A program made the position numbers and the translations under genes. From Octopus sinensis (Eukaryota), in NCBI RefSeq assembly GCF_006345805.1, contig NC_043003.1, forward strand, positions 88,970,001 to 89,034,000: a stretch of 64,000 nucleotides of DNA. Direction: 5' to 3'. The notes beneath the pieces were generated by a model that searched no databases, was not told the DNA's origin, and saw nothing but the letters and a program-made list of their open reading frames with translations. Below, piece by piece: positions 24,657 to 38,269 of this stretch (positions are counted from its first letter, which is position 1; the number at the start of each line of letters is the position of its first letter).

Positions 24657-25664
24657 ATCATCATCATCATCATCATCGTTTAGCATCCGTTTTCCATGCT
24701 AGCATGGGTTGGACGGTTCTACTGGGGTCTGTGAAGCCAGAAGGCTTCATCAGTCCTGGTCAAATCTGGCAGTGTTTCTACGGCCGGATGCCCTTCCTAA
24801 CGCCAACCACTCCGTGAGTGTAGTGGGTGCTTTTTACGTGCCACCCGCACAGGTACCAGACAGAGCTGGCAAACGGCCATGGACGGATTGTGCTTTTTAT
24901 GTGCCACCAGCACGGGGGCCAGGCGAGGCTGGCAACGGACATGAACGGATGGTGCTTTTTACGTGCCACCGGCACGAGGCCAGTCGGGGCGGCGCTGGTA
25001 ACGGTCGTGATACGGAAGGTTCTCTTACATGCCACCGGCACTGGTAACACATCTGCAATTTCCATTGATCGATTTCGATTCTGATCCTCATTTGCCTCAA
25101 CAGGTCTACACAAGTAGAGTTTTGTGTCCCCAGAAGGGAAGGTATGCATACGTAGGCTGGCTCCATCCCATGTAGAAGGCCACAGGTTATGGACTCACTT
25201 GTCCTGCCGGGTCTTCTCGCGCACAGCACACTTCCACAGGTCTCGGTCTCTAGTCATTTCCTCAGTGAGACCTAAAGTTCGAAGGTCGTGCTTCACCACC
25301 TTGTCCCAGGTTTTCCTGGGTCTGCCTCTTCCTCAGGTTCCCTCAACCGCTAGGGTGTGGCACTTTTTCACACAACTATCTTCATCCATTCTCGCCACAT
25401 GACCATACCAGTGCAAACGTCTCTCTTGCACACCACAACTGATGCTTCTTAGGTCCAGCTTTTCTCTCAAGGTACTTACACTCTGCCGAGTATGAGTACT
25501 GACATTACACATCCATCGGAGCATACTGGCTTCATTTCTTGCGAGCTTATGCATATCCTCAGCAGTCACGGCCCATGTTTCACTGCCATGTAGCACCATG
25601 GCAGTGAAACATGGGCTGTGACTGCTGAGGATATGCGTAAGCTTGCAAGAAATGAAGCCAGTAT
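24657..25664 (-). mobile_element. 5'-truncated RTE LINE with fold-back inversion at the truncation point
   Basis: LHGSETWAVTAEDM..LARNEASMLRWMC...RLHWYGHVARMDE; (CAT)n tail; 68-bp inverted copy at 25597-25664. Confidence 0.9.
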
Positions 25665-25683
25665 ATATATATATATATATATA

Positions 25684-26316
25684 TCAAAATCAAAACGAGG
25701 GTGAAAAAATTGGATATTAATTTAATAACATCAATTTAACACCAGTGGTTTAGCGCATAAAAAACTGAGATTCAGTAAATATTATTAATACACAAATATG
25801 AGAGAGAATCCACTATGTGGATGCCCCTATGCTAAAGAGAGATCCACATGAGTCTCAACCACTAAGAATTGTTCTCAAGAAAAATTTAGCACATTAAATT
25901 AATATGTTTTCAAACCGGGGTAAACTATTGCAGTGAATTATTTATGCAGTATTTATTTCCAGGAATTTGGCGCGCTAGAACGAGGGCATTTGAATATAAC
26001 TGTGAATATAATAGGCCGAACTACTCGTATTTTTGACCTCATGTTAATATCTGGCGTGCAGTTCGACAAATTATATTTTATGACAGACCTCACTGATGAT
26101 CTGCAGATTAATTGTGTAAGTAAAATTGCATAATTGTTTAACAGTGAGACAATTGTATGGGGTTAATCTATATTTTTGTTATTTTTCATTTGTCCTGCTC
26201 GCTTACGTTCATAGTGGGCTAAATTTTTCTTGAGAACAATTCTTAGTGGTTGAGACTCATGCGGATCTCTCTTTAGCATAAGGGCGTCCACATAGTGGAT
26301 TCTCTCTCATATTTGT
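25684..26316 (+). mobile_element. PLE pseudo-LTR fragment in a (TA)n tract, with inverted terminal segment and hammerhead motif
   Basis: 99-bp inverted repeat 25792-25890 / 26218-26316; hammerhead-like motif at 26087-26163. Confidence 0.65.
26087..26163 (+). ncRNA. Type I hammerhead motif with a core substitution (GAGAC for GAAAC)
   Basis: acctca-CTGATGA-tctg...cagt-GAGAC-aatt-GTA-tggggt; palindromic ACAATTGT loop III. Confidence 0.6.
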
Positions 26317-27662
26317 ATATATATATATATATATGATATATATGATATATTTTTCATTATAACTTATCTTAGGTTTTAGATTATTATGAATAATAATAAT
26401 AATAACAGATAAAGTAATATTTAACCAATTAAAAAATTATTTATACACCGATTGAAGAGTATTATTATCTATACACATGCATATATATATATATACAAAA
26501 TACATATATACATATGTACACCAATATATACAGATTAAGATATCTATATATAATTATATATGCTTATCAAAAGCCCACACATATTAGTTTATACTTATAT
26601 ATACATATACATATATACATATATATATATATTTACATAGGCTCATCACATATAAGTAAGGGGTATATATTCAACTGGAAACGTATATATATAAAAATTT
26701 ATAGGTATAATACAGTAATAATAAAACTATTATTAAAATAATTAAATTAAATAATATACAAAGCTATTTATATAAAGGAATATCATCATCATCGTCATCG
26801 TTTAACGTCTGCTTTCCATGCTAGCATGGGTTGAACGGTTCAACTGGGGTCTGGGAAGCCAGAAGGCTGCACTAGTCCCAGTCTGATCTGGCAGTGTTTC
26901 TACAGCTGGATGCCCTTCCTAATGTCAACCACTCCGTGAATGTAGTGGGTGCTTTTTACGTGCCAGACGAGGCTGTTAAATGGCCATGATCGGATGGTGC
27001 TTTTTATATATGAGAATATAAGATGGAGAATTAAATATATGCAGAAGGTATATTAACATAATCATGTAAGTGCATATCTTATGTTGACATATAGTTGAGG
27101 ATTTATCAGAATAGTTAATGAAAATGGTTACATGGAAAATATCAGATACAAAAATTATCAAGTTTAGCACTTCTGTTCTGGAATATTGGATAACTGATAT
27201 AAAAGATAGCAATGGTAAGGTAAAATAGCATTAGAAAATTAATCATTAGGTGTTCAAAAAGTTAATTAGTAGAAATTAATTGTTATCCTTTAATTGCCAG
27301 ATAAATTTACTTAATCCTGTAGAATTAGATTTCTGTCTATACCTAAAAGTATGCAAGTGAATCATGTGTGCAAGTAATTCTTTATTTCTTTATTTCTAAA
27401 GTATGCAAGTGGATCATGATGTATTTTTTAATTGCATTCTCTGTCAAACCTATATAAATACGTTTTTATCTTGAATTATAACTGTACATTGATACGTTAC
27501 ATTTTTACTTAGACTTATTTGTAAAGGAATAAAATAGAATTAGGTATATATGTTAAATATTTATTAGTTAGGTAGAGGTCAGGGGGAGGGGGTTATTATT
27601 AATAGTGTAGCTATGTGATTAGAGGGGCATGTATAAGTAATCTGGTGAGAGAGAGAAAGAAA

Positions 27663-27878
27663 TATTCTTTTCTACCCTAGGCACAAGGCCCAAAATTTTT
27701 GGGAGGGGCCAGTCGAATAGATCAACCCCAGTACACAACTGGTACTTAATTTATCAACCCTGAAAGGATGAAAGGCAAAGTCGATCTTGGCAGAATTTGA
27801 ACTCAGGACGTAAAGGCAGACGAAATATTGCTAAGCATTTTGCCTGGTGTGCTAGCGTTTCTGCCAGCTCGCCACCTT
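27663..27878 (-). mobile_element. tRNA-derived SINE (second family)
   Basis: Minus-strand head ggtggcgagctggcagaaacgctagca, B-box gagttcaaattc, central gcctttcatcctttcagggttgataa domain. Confidence 0.85.
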
Positions 27879-28649
27879 AGAAATAAAGAAAAATTACTAT
27901 TGAAGTAAATAAAGCAGTTAAATTAAGATTTTGAAGAGACTTATATTTCTACGTGAATATATGAAATGTTTTTCTTGTTTTAAGGATAGAATAGGGTATT
28001 TCAGGACAAAAAATTATAAATTATGGTTTATAATCATTAAGAATGCGATTAAGAAAAAGGAGATATAGTAATTTCTATTTAAGGGAATAGAAGAGTTAGT
28101 TAAAATTTGAGAGATACTGATATTACTGCATTAATATATAATATAAAATATTTATCGCATTTCAAAGATTGGATAGGTTATTTCTGGAAGAAAGAGTAAA
28201 TAAAACTATTGTTATCTAAATATAAGATATAAAATATTTATAGTGTTGACTTGATAAAAGGTGTTCATAAGTAATTATATCACATTTAAGATAAAATTCA
28301 ATAATAGTAGTAGGGCTAGGGGTGAGGCAGAGTGTGAAACTATTGTAGCAAAAAAGATAATAAACTCATTATTTAAATTTGGAAAATACATATTTTCCCG
28401 TGTGAACACAGGAAACACTCTTCTCATAGAAATGCTTAGCAATATTTCGTCTGTCTTTACGTCCTGAGTTCAAATTCTGCCAAGATCGACTTTGCCTTTC
28501 ATCCTTTCAGGGTTGATAACTTAAGTACCAGTTGTGTACTGGGGTTGATCTATTCGACTGGCCCCTCCCAAAAATTTTGTGCCTTGTGCCTAGGGTAGAA
28601 AAGAATATTTCTTTCTCTCTCTCACCAGATCACTTATACATGCCCCTAT

Positions 28650-30890
28650 TTAACATGAGAAGGTTAAATAGGGTATTTTTAGATGAAAGAATAAAGAATA
28701 CTTCAGTTATACAAAGAAGACATTTTTTTTATTGACTTTATAAGATGGTGTAGAAGCAATTATATCCCGTTTAAGATCGAAATTAATATCATTATCCTTT
28801 AACTGCCAGATAAATTTACTTAATCCTGTAGAATTAGATTTCTGTCTATAACTAAAAGTATACAGGTGGGTCGTGATGCGTTTTTTAATTGCATTCTCTA
28901 TCAAACCTATATAAATATGTTTTTTACCTTGAGTTATTACTGTACATTGATATGTTACATTTTTACTTTTACATGAATTTTTAAATAAACAATTATTTTT
29001 TACTCTTCAATCACAATTATTATATGTTTGTGTATTAGATGAGGGAATATTGTTAGTTGTTTTTGTATTATTTTTTAAGTTAGCAACAGCGTCAAAACAA
29101 GGGAAACAGAGAGAAGGGAGCTTCATTTGATCCAATGTTCTCAACAAGGACAGATGACAAGATGCTAGGAACATGTTGAGAGAAAAATAAGTTGGAATGA
29201 GATATGGCAGTGGACTACATCTCAGCTGAGTTTTCTGATTCATTCATCTTATGATGTCTTGCCATCGCCTACAAATCTAGTAAGATGGAATGTCTCAGAG
29301 AATGATATATGCAAATGTGGAAAGGTTGGAACACTGAAGCAAATTCTTTCCAACTGTTCATTAATATTGAATAGATATACATGGAGACACAACCTGGTCC
29401 TTAAGGTTATCTTCAATGCTGTAAAGAACCAAATTGCTCTCATCAACAGTGGGAAAAAAACTGAGGAAAGAACCAACTAAAGATTTCATTACCTTTGTGT
29501 ATTCAGGACTGCAGATCCGTTATAAGAAGAAACTTCCTGTGAGCAATAAAAAGTGGGATTATTGGCAGGTGGCTGAAGATTTACCAGTGTGCCAAGGATT
29601 CTTTCCCATCCCAGTTGTGAAAAAACCGGATATTATAATGTGGTGTGAAAGAAGGAAAACGGTGAATTTAGTCAAGTTAATGGTTCCTCATGAAGACAAC
29701 ATGGATGCTGCCTGGGCTCAAAAGATTGACCGTTATGTAAACCTCCTTGAGGAATGTGAAGACGCAGGCTGGAAAATGGAGCATTTTCCAAACAAAGTCA
29801 GATTTAACGGATTCGTTGGACACAGCGTGAGGTGATTGTTGTTATCATTAGGGCTATATCATCATATAGTGAATACCACCATGAATGATATCCAAACCAC
29901 AGTAGAAAAGCCTGGCCACTGGATTTGGTTAAAAAGAGACAATGAGCGATGGTTAGAATATTGAGCTTTATTTGATAACTAGTTGATCTAGCAAGCGGGG
30001 CCTCATATCAGTGAGTGGGGGCTACTGCACAATGATACAGTTGAGAGGTAAGCCCTGAAACAGTGCGCACTCTCTCCTGATGATGTATTTTGGTAGTTAT
30101 ATTCATATTATTAATTAGTTATGTTCATATTATTAATACTATTATGTTTACAGTATTCTATTTTATTTTTATATCCAGCGTTATATAAGGCTATATTGTA
30201 GTGATGCTCATGTTTATTAAATACATCTTCATTGGAAGATAGGTATTTTATTTGTTTACTAATATTGGAGATTAAGTGCTTTTTTTTTATCAATCTAGAG
30301 TGATTGCTTTGGAAATTTATGTATCTTAAAGTGAAGTTGGGTTTTCTAAAAGGTTCATGTAAACCAGTTGCTAAATTAAAATTAACGTCCAGAAAGTTTA
30401 TTAAGTCATTATCTCTCTTGATAGTAATAGAAAAACCATATCCTTTAAAAAATTTGTATAATAGTTTTTTAATTATTTCTTATTGTCTATTAGAAGCATT
30501 TTTAACTATGAAAATAACATCGTTCCTGTACAATCCTCCCCTGATTTCAGGGAATTCTTCATGCATGTTTGATAGAAAATATCTACCAACAAGATCCGTC
30601 ACTTGTGTGGAGTCAGCCGCACCCATTGTAATATCAAAACAATTGGGAGTATCTTTTCTGGTCCACAATTTATTGTCAAAATTAATGATAGATCTACCGG
30701 CTGTTAGTATTACATTGATTACTTACATAGTAAGATTAGTACATTTTCTAGCAAAAATAAGTGCACTATTTGATATAGCAGGGTTAATGGAAGGATACTA
30801 GTTATCTATATCTATCTGTAGAAATTTATGCCTGTCTTTATTTCGATTTTTAGAGAACCTGCTAATTGCCTCTTAGAGAAGTAGCTAATT
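28650..30890 (-). mobile_element. Penelope-like element (RT + GIY-YIG endonuclease), degraded, interrupted by a LINE
   Basis: RT: FDITMGAADSTQVTDLVG...GLYRND (YRDD-like); EN: KKRITTHLYTF...STGLSKFIWQLKD; a second EN copy at ~27285-27510. Confidence 0.85.
29085..30088 (+). mobile_element. RLE-type (HERO-like) LINE, 5'-truncated
   Basis: LPSPTNL.RW, CKC...ILSNC...RYTWRHN (CCHC region), KPDII.W...L.VP.EDN...K..RY (PD-(D/E)xK endonuclease). Confidence 0.85.
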
Positions 30891-30952
30891 GCCTTTACAC
30901 ACACACACACACACAACGTACACACATATATATATATCTACATGTGCATATA

Positions 30953-31022
<70 letters not shown>

Positions 31023-31199
31023 GATGTGTGCATACACTCAAAAGGCTTCTTTCAGTTTCCTTCTACCAAATTCACTCATGAAGTTTTGATATCAGCCCTG
31101 CACTATAAAAGAAAATATCAGTTCAAGGTGCTACACAGTGGGACTAAACCCAAAACCATGTGGTTGAGAAGCAAACTTCTTAATGACACAACCATAGAT

Positions 31200-31930
31200 C
31201 ATGTAGGAGAGGGAAATAGGTAAATCTAAATCCATTCCTTCCAACTGCTCACTGGTGCCAGGCAGATATACTTGGAAACATAATTTGGTTCTCAAGGTTC
31301 TCTTTAATATTGTAAAGTACCTAACTGCATATATTTGCAGAGGCAACAAACCATAAAGGCGATCTGTCAGAGATTTTATCACCTTTGTTCGTCCAAGGCA
31401 GCAGATCTACTGGAAGAAGAAAAATAGTTTCTACCAAACACGAAAACTGGAATGGTTTTAGAAGGTGGCTGCAGATAAGTGTGAGGAAAGGAAAAAAGTT
31501 TACTCTTTTCCTTTCCTCACACCTATCTTGTTGAGCTAATGGTTCCCCATAAAGATAACATTGATACTGTTCAGACTCGGAATAATGATTGGTATTAACA
31601 TGTCCTTGAAGAATGTGAGGATGCAAGATGGAATATGGTACATTATCTAATCAAAGTTGACTGTAGAGGATTTCTAGGTCACAGTATGAGGTAATGCTTA
31701 TTGTTGTTAGGTCTAAGTGATCAAACACCATCATGAAATACATCCAAACCACAGTTAAGAAGGCAAACCACTGGATTTAGCTAAAAAGGGATAAATGGGA
31801 AGAAAAATGTTGATCCAAGACAAGTAATCATTTGCTCTGGCAAGTGAGGTTCCATATCAGTGGTGGGAATTGGTACATAATAAAGCTGTCAAGAGAAAGG
31901 CCTTGAAATTGTGCATTCTTTCCTGATGAT
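31200..31930 (+). mobile_element. Second, more decayed copy of the same HERO-like LINE 3' end
   Basis: Colinear with ~29330-30085 (RYTWKHNLVLKV; shared 3' UTR ending cctgatga). Confidence 0.75.
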
Positions 31931-32084
31931 TCCATAAGCCTGTTAGAATTTGGTATGTAGAGGTTTTAACTAGTAGCCCTTGCATAGGCAAGTTATTTTC
32001 AAATAAACTAAATACATATATATACATAGTAATGAAGTTGATGTTACTACAGTTTTTAATCAGTGACACTCATTTCAATAATTA

Positions 32085-33353
32085 TCAGGTCATTAAGAAT
32101 GAAATGTTTGATTTTGAACTGAAAGTTTATTTTACTTTATCTCAACAAAAAGCAATGCACTTAATCAAAATTTATGCACTTAAATTATCAACACAATTTT
32201 GCCATTTTATTGGTAGCTTATTTATGGCAGCAGTGAAGAATTCTGGAGAGCAAGAGGTGATGGAATTATGAAAGGCTGTTTTTGCATCTTCTTCAGATAT
32301 GAAGTTTTTTCTTTGCAAAAGGTTGTCTAATGCCTAGAAAACGTGATAGTCAGTTGGTGCAAGGTCTGGTGAATATGGTGGATGACAGAATACTTCCAAG
32401 TTCAGTTCCTGTAACTGGAGTAGCATTCTTTGTGCAAAATATGGTCAAGCATTGTCTTGCAAGAGAATTGGCCTGTCTCTATTGACCAATCTCGGTTGTT
32501 TAATTGCAAGGTCACTCTTCATTTCATCCATTTAGTTTATGTAGACATCCACTGTAATTGACTTACCAGGTCTCATGAAGCTGTAGAGCTTGACACCAGC
32601 ACTGGACCACCAAACAGACACCATTAGCTTTTTTGGCAAATATTCTTTTTTGGATTGTGTTTTGGCACTTCGTCTCTATCCAACCACCATGCAGAATGCT
32701 TGCTGTTGTTGAAAAGAATCCATTTTTCATCGCACATAACAATATAATACAAAAATGGTTTGCTTTTATGCCATGACAGCAAAGAACAGCAAGTTCCAAG
32801 ATGACGTGTCATTTAATACTCGTTCAGTTCATGTGGTACCCACTTGCCCAGCTTCTTTACCTTGCTGATTTGTTTCAGATGGTCCAATACAGTTGGAATT
32901 GAAACATCAAATCTTGCTGCTAACTGATGCATAGTTTGAGATGTATCTGCTTCCACTACAGTTTCCAGCTCATCATTGTCCACCTTGGTCTCAGGTCTAC
33001 TACAGGGCTGATTTTCAAGAGTAAAGTCACCAGACCAGAACTTCTCAAACTTTTAACGTACAGTGCACTCATTCACCACATCTTTACCAAACACCTCATT
33101 GATATTTCAAGCTGTCTGGGATGTATTGGTTCCACAATGGAACACATATTTATAAACAACACGAATTTTTTATCTATCCATAGGGTCACAAAAATTGATT
33201 TACAAGAGAAAACTCACAATATAATCAGACACCATGAATTGCATTTCAAAAAGTGTTGAATGTTGTAAAATGAAGAATTGTCAGGATAAAACATTTAATG
33301 ACTGTCAAACTTGGTGCATAAGAAAATCAAACATTTCATTCTTAATGACCTGA
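32085..33353 (-). mobile_element. Full-length mariner element with pseudogenised transposase
   Basis: Perfect 31-bp TIRs tcaggtcattaagaatgaaatgtttgatttt with TA on both sides; WVPHEL, CDEKWI and HPPYSPDLAPTDY remnants. Confidence 0.95.
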
Positions 33354-33837
33354 TACAATTTTTTACATCTATTCAATGTGATGGATCCATCATCATTTTA
33401 GTATTCACTTTTCCATGCTTACATGGATCAAAAAGAATTTATTGAAAAAGATTTTCTATGGTTGGATACTCTTCTTGTCACTAACTCTCACCTGTTTCCA
33501 TGCAAGGTAATATTTCTCCATGGCCAGACATGTATTTAGCAGAACATTGGGAACGAATGAGACTGCATGTAATATTTACAATAGTATCATGTTGGTTCAG
33601 TTATAAAGGTAAATATTATTAATTATAATAATAGAAACATTGTCTGGAAGAAAAGTAGACTAGAATGAAAACTGCAGGTGCAGAATCCTAGAATATTCTT
33701 AAGTATTGAACCTGAAAAAGTACAGGACAAGAAGGAAAAAATAATTAGAAAATTGCTTTTGAAGCTAATTTGTTATGTAAATTTCTGAAATTGTTCATTA
33801 AATATTGTGTGCACTGTTTTGTTTTATATATATATAT

Positions 33838-34895
33838 CGCGTCTGTGTGCCAAGACCAAAATCAGAAACGTCCTGATCAAGGAGATGCTATTTGCTGATG
33901 ATGCCGTTCTGGTATCACACACAGAAGAAGCCCTACAAAGGCTCATCAACTATTTTGAGCAAGCATGTAGCAACTTTGGCTTAGTTATCAGCCTCAAGAA
34001 ACCAACATCATGGGTCAGGCTACATCGTACATCCCAAACATACATATTGGAGACCACAGATTACAGGAGGTGGAGAAGTTTGCCTATCTTGGCTCTACCG
34101 TCACCTACAACCTATCCCTTGATGCTGAGCTCAATATACGCATTGGCAAGGCAGATGCTGTGATGGCCCAACTCTCCAAATGGGCATGGGACAACAATAA
34201 GCTGACCAAGACCTCAAGAACGAAGATTTACCAGGCATATGTACTTAGCACTCTACTGTATGGAAGTGAGACTTGGACGCCATACACACGCCAAGAGCGT
34301 CGCCTAAACATCTTTCACCTGCGCTGCCTCCGGAAAATCCTTCGCATCAAATGGCAGAATCATGTCCTCAAGCAAGCAGGAATACCAAGCATGTTTGCAC
34401 TCCTCACACAAAGACGTATGAGATGGCTTGGACATGTTAGCCATATGGAAGATGGCAGAATCTCCAAGGACATACTCTATGGAGAGCTTGGCTAGGCGCA
34501 CTTGGTCTGTGGGTTGACAGTTTTTACGATTCAAGGATGTTTGCAAAAGGAACATGAAGGCCTGCGACATCAATATTACCAACTGGGAAGCAGTTACCAG
34601 CAACCGTGGAGATTGGCGACGTACCGTAAAAGAGGGAATACAAAGGAGTGACAGAGAGAGAGAGAGGAGAAATGGAAAGACAAAAAAAGACATCAACAAG
34701 AAACTGTGACATTACAACCAGCCAGGCAAAGTCTTAGCTATATTTGCGGCACCTGCCAGAGGGTGTGTTTGTCCAGGATAGGACTACACAGCCACAGCAG
34801 GAGATGTATTAGGACATGAAATGTAAAAGCTGGACTAGATTATTTTATGCGCAACTCCATTGTTTCCCGAGACAAAAAGGATGCCAACAACAATC
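33838..34895 (+). mobile_element. RTE-BovB-like LINE 3' fragment
   Basis: MLFADDAVL, FAYLGS, LLYGSETW, WLGHVSHMEDGRI; (CAA)n tail. Confidence 0.9.
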
Positions 34896-34959
34896 ACCAT
34901 CATCATCATCATCGTTCAACGTCATGTATATATATATATGTATATATCATAATTTTGAA

Positions 34960-36149
34960 ATATTTATAAAACGCCAAAAGCTTGTTTATTTTTATGTTTT
35001 TTGATTTATTATTAGTGTTGCTTGATATGTTTTGCTAAAATTGCTGTTTCTTTTCAGATATCATCAGAAAAAGGTAATTAAGATTCCTTAAAATGACAGA
35101 TCTATCGAACTTTCAAAGAGGTCAGATTGTCGGTGCTCAAATGGCAGGTGCTAGCATAATGAAAACAGCCAAAATGTTTGGTGTATCAAGAAGTACTTTC
35201 TCTTTGAGAAAGAAGGAAAAAAACCTCCTTGTCAAAACAAAACTCCGGAAGAAAACCAAAGCTTTCAGATAGGGACCATCAGACTCTTATGGGAATTGTT
35301 AGAAAGGATCACAAAAGTACAGCTCCCAAAATTACTACACTGTTTAATAACCACCTCAAGAACCCAGTTTCCATAAAAACTGTTCGTCAAGAGGTGCACA
35401 AACCCGTGATTTCACGGGAGGGCTGCAATCAGAAAACTACTACTTTCAAAAACAAACGTTGCAAAGCATTTAGAGTGGAGTAAAAACATACAGAATTGGT
35501 CCCTAGAGCAATGGGAAAATGTTATTTTCTCGGATGAGTCATCTTTTACCTTATTTCCAACCACCAGCCAAGTATACATGTGGAAACAGCCAAAAGAAGT
35601 ATTTGACCCTGATTGCCTTCTTCCAGCTGTTAAACATGGAGGAGGATCTGTGATGATGGGGGGGGGGATGTATCTTGGAAATCCACCGGCCCAATGGTTT
35701 CCCTTCATAGCAGAATTAATAGTCAAGACTATTTAAGCATTTTATTTGATCAAATTCATCTTATGTTTGAGGAACTATTTCTAGAGGGGAACGCAATCTT
35801 TCAGGATAATAATGCATCAATTCACACAGCTAAAGTTGCTACTGAATGACATGAGGAACATTCTAGTGAAGTTGATCATCTTATCTGGCCACCACAGTCT
35901 CCAGATCTCAATATTATTGAACATTTATGGTGCATTTTAGAAAAACAAGCGAAGAGTTGATATCCTCCACCATCATCACTACAAGAACTGGATACTGTTC
36001 TAGCTGAAGAATGGACAAAAATTACTTTGAAAACTATTCAAACTTTGTACGAATTCAAGCTGTAATTACAGCAAAAAACTGTCCTACCCCATATTAAAAT
36101 AAATTTGCTTGAAATTTCAAGGTGTTTCCATTATTTTGTCCAACCCCTG
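34960..36149 (+). mobile_element. Tc1-like (DD34E) transposon, pseudogenised
   Basis: MTDLSNFQRGQIVGA, VIFSDESSF, VKHGGGSVM, FQDNNA, WPPQSPDLNIIEHLW; right TIR ccattattttgtccaacccctg followed by TA. Confidence 0.9.
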
Positions 36150-37003
36150 TATATATATATATATATATATTTACTTAGTTAGGTTAATATTTTTGATTTA
36201 AAAATTTCTTTGAATTAAACTAAAACATTTCTTTCTTATTTTTAGTACTATATATATATTTTTTTCTTAAAGACTCATTATCCCAAAAATACCAATCACA
36301 CATGTATTTCAAAATGAAACTGCTGTAGAATGAATAAATGTAATTCAAAATAGCAAAATATAGTAAAACTTTTCTTTTAAAAAAACAAGAATTAATTTCT
36401 TTAAAGTTTGTATTATCAGACAACAAACTATTTTCTATTTACAGTTAGAAAAATATTTTTAAGAAATGAAAGCTAATGAAGAAATTGAGTGAAAAATGTA
36501 GAAATGTTTTTAGCTTTTCATAAAAAACTTAGGGTTATAATTGTAAATTTTGTTTAAATTGTTATTATGTGATTCTTAAAATTTATAAATTTGTAATTTC
36601 AAATTTTTTTAGTGTGTAAACATGGAGGCAATTAAGTCTAGTCCTTTCACTAAAATTATAAATAAATAAAGTATACCAGCCATCTCAATATGGCTAACCA
36701 CTAAGGGTGGGTGTTACTAGTATTGACATGGCTCGTTGTCGAGCAGTTACTGTTTACATCCCGTTCAGAGATTTATTATTGCTATAAATAAATAGCATCT
36801 TAAACTTTTATATAAAAATAAAAAATATAAATGGGCATTTATTACTATTTTAGTTTTTAAATTCTAACTTCAGCAGCAATATTTTAAGTTTGTTTCTTCT
36901 TGTCCTTTACTTTTCCAGGCTTAATTACTAATTGTTCTGTACATTTCTAGGTTTACTACTTGAGAAAATTCTAGGATTACTGTGCCTTCATTTTTCATTC
37001 TTG

Positions 37004-37042
<39 letters not shown>

Positions 37043-37724
37043 AATAAAAGGAGATGAATGGGCAATGGAGTTCAATCCATGCTATGTATGTTTCAATAGC
37101 ATGGAATTTTATTCATAATTTGTGTGTTATGTCATACAAAAATATCAGCCATTTCATCAGGCATTCTGATTGCTAACATGACAAAAATTGACTACATGTG
37201 AATTAAAACCACAGAACCATAGGAGAAATACACTTTAGTTATATCAGGAGGGGTTGAATAAGGAATTCAGCCAATTAAACACCTTTAAACAGCTCAATCA
37301 AGAAAATAGGTATGGTCAACATTTATCTACATCATTAATCATTTACAATCAGGCTATAGCAGCTGTCATTGGCTGTTCAAATGTGTGTTATTAAATGGAA
37401 AAACAGTTAGTACAAATCACCACAAAACATCTTTGTGTATAAATATATTGCTTATTCTGTGTTCACCTTTTGTGGTGGAAGCATGTAGTATGATACAAAA
37501 ATGTGTGTTTACATATAAAGAAAGTTTTGATTTTTGCTTTTGCACTGAAAGAAGTAACATATAATATTTGTATTTTGAGAATGAATGTGTGTGATAACAA
37601 AATATCTTCATTTACAAATCATATATTTTTGTTGAGGTGAATAGATATGTGAGTAACACACATGGGAGATTGCGTATGGAGCTGCAGTGAAGATGGAACT
37701 GAGAGCGTTTCTACTGTGTAGCAC

Positions 37725-37821
37725 AGAATGAGGCTAGTGTATCAGAATGAGGCAACTGTATCAGAGCAAGGCTAGTGTATTAAAGTGAGGCTAGTGTATC
37801 AAAGCGAGGTTAGCTGCATCA
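37725..37821. repeat. 19-bp minisatellite, 5 diverged copies
   Basis: Unit agaatgaggctagtgtatc. Confidence 0.8.
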
Positions 37822-38269
37822 TTGATATATTTGTCTGCTGTGCAGGTCAACTGTAGTGCCTCTGGTCACATATTACTATGCCTCAGTTGTGTAGCTCTGC
37901 TACAAGGCAATGATTTACAATATCATAATACTTGATTTGTGCCCCCACCTCCCCAACACAAGAGAATCTGTTAGGTGTCATGCAAACATTAAGAGAATGT
38001 AATACAGATTAATTGTCGTTATACTAAGAAATATTAAGTTAAATAAAAATGCATACATATAAAAAATATAAAAGTTAAAAAAATTTTACTATATAAGTCC
38101 TTAAAGGGAACTTAACAGGGAAAATGTTTACCATTAGAAGTTATAATTAAAATGATGTTTATTAGAAGCATAATAATAATGATGGTTGCTCCTGTCAGTT
38201 TTGACAAAAGAGAGGACTTAAAATTAAAGAGAGTAAAGAAAGAAAACAAAAACGAAACACTAAGCTGCA

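Noticed and set aside
35040-35080. AG...GTAA micro-exon-like signal
   Set aside because: Lies in the 5' region of the Tc1 element and downstream of the ZYG11-like stop.
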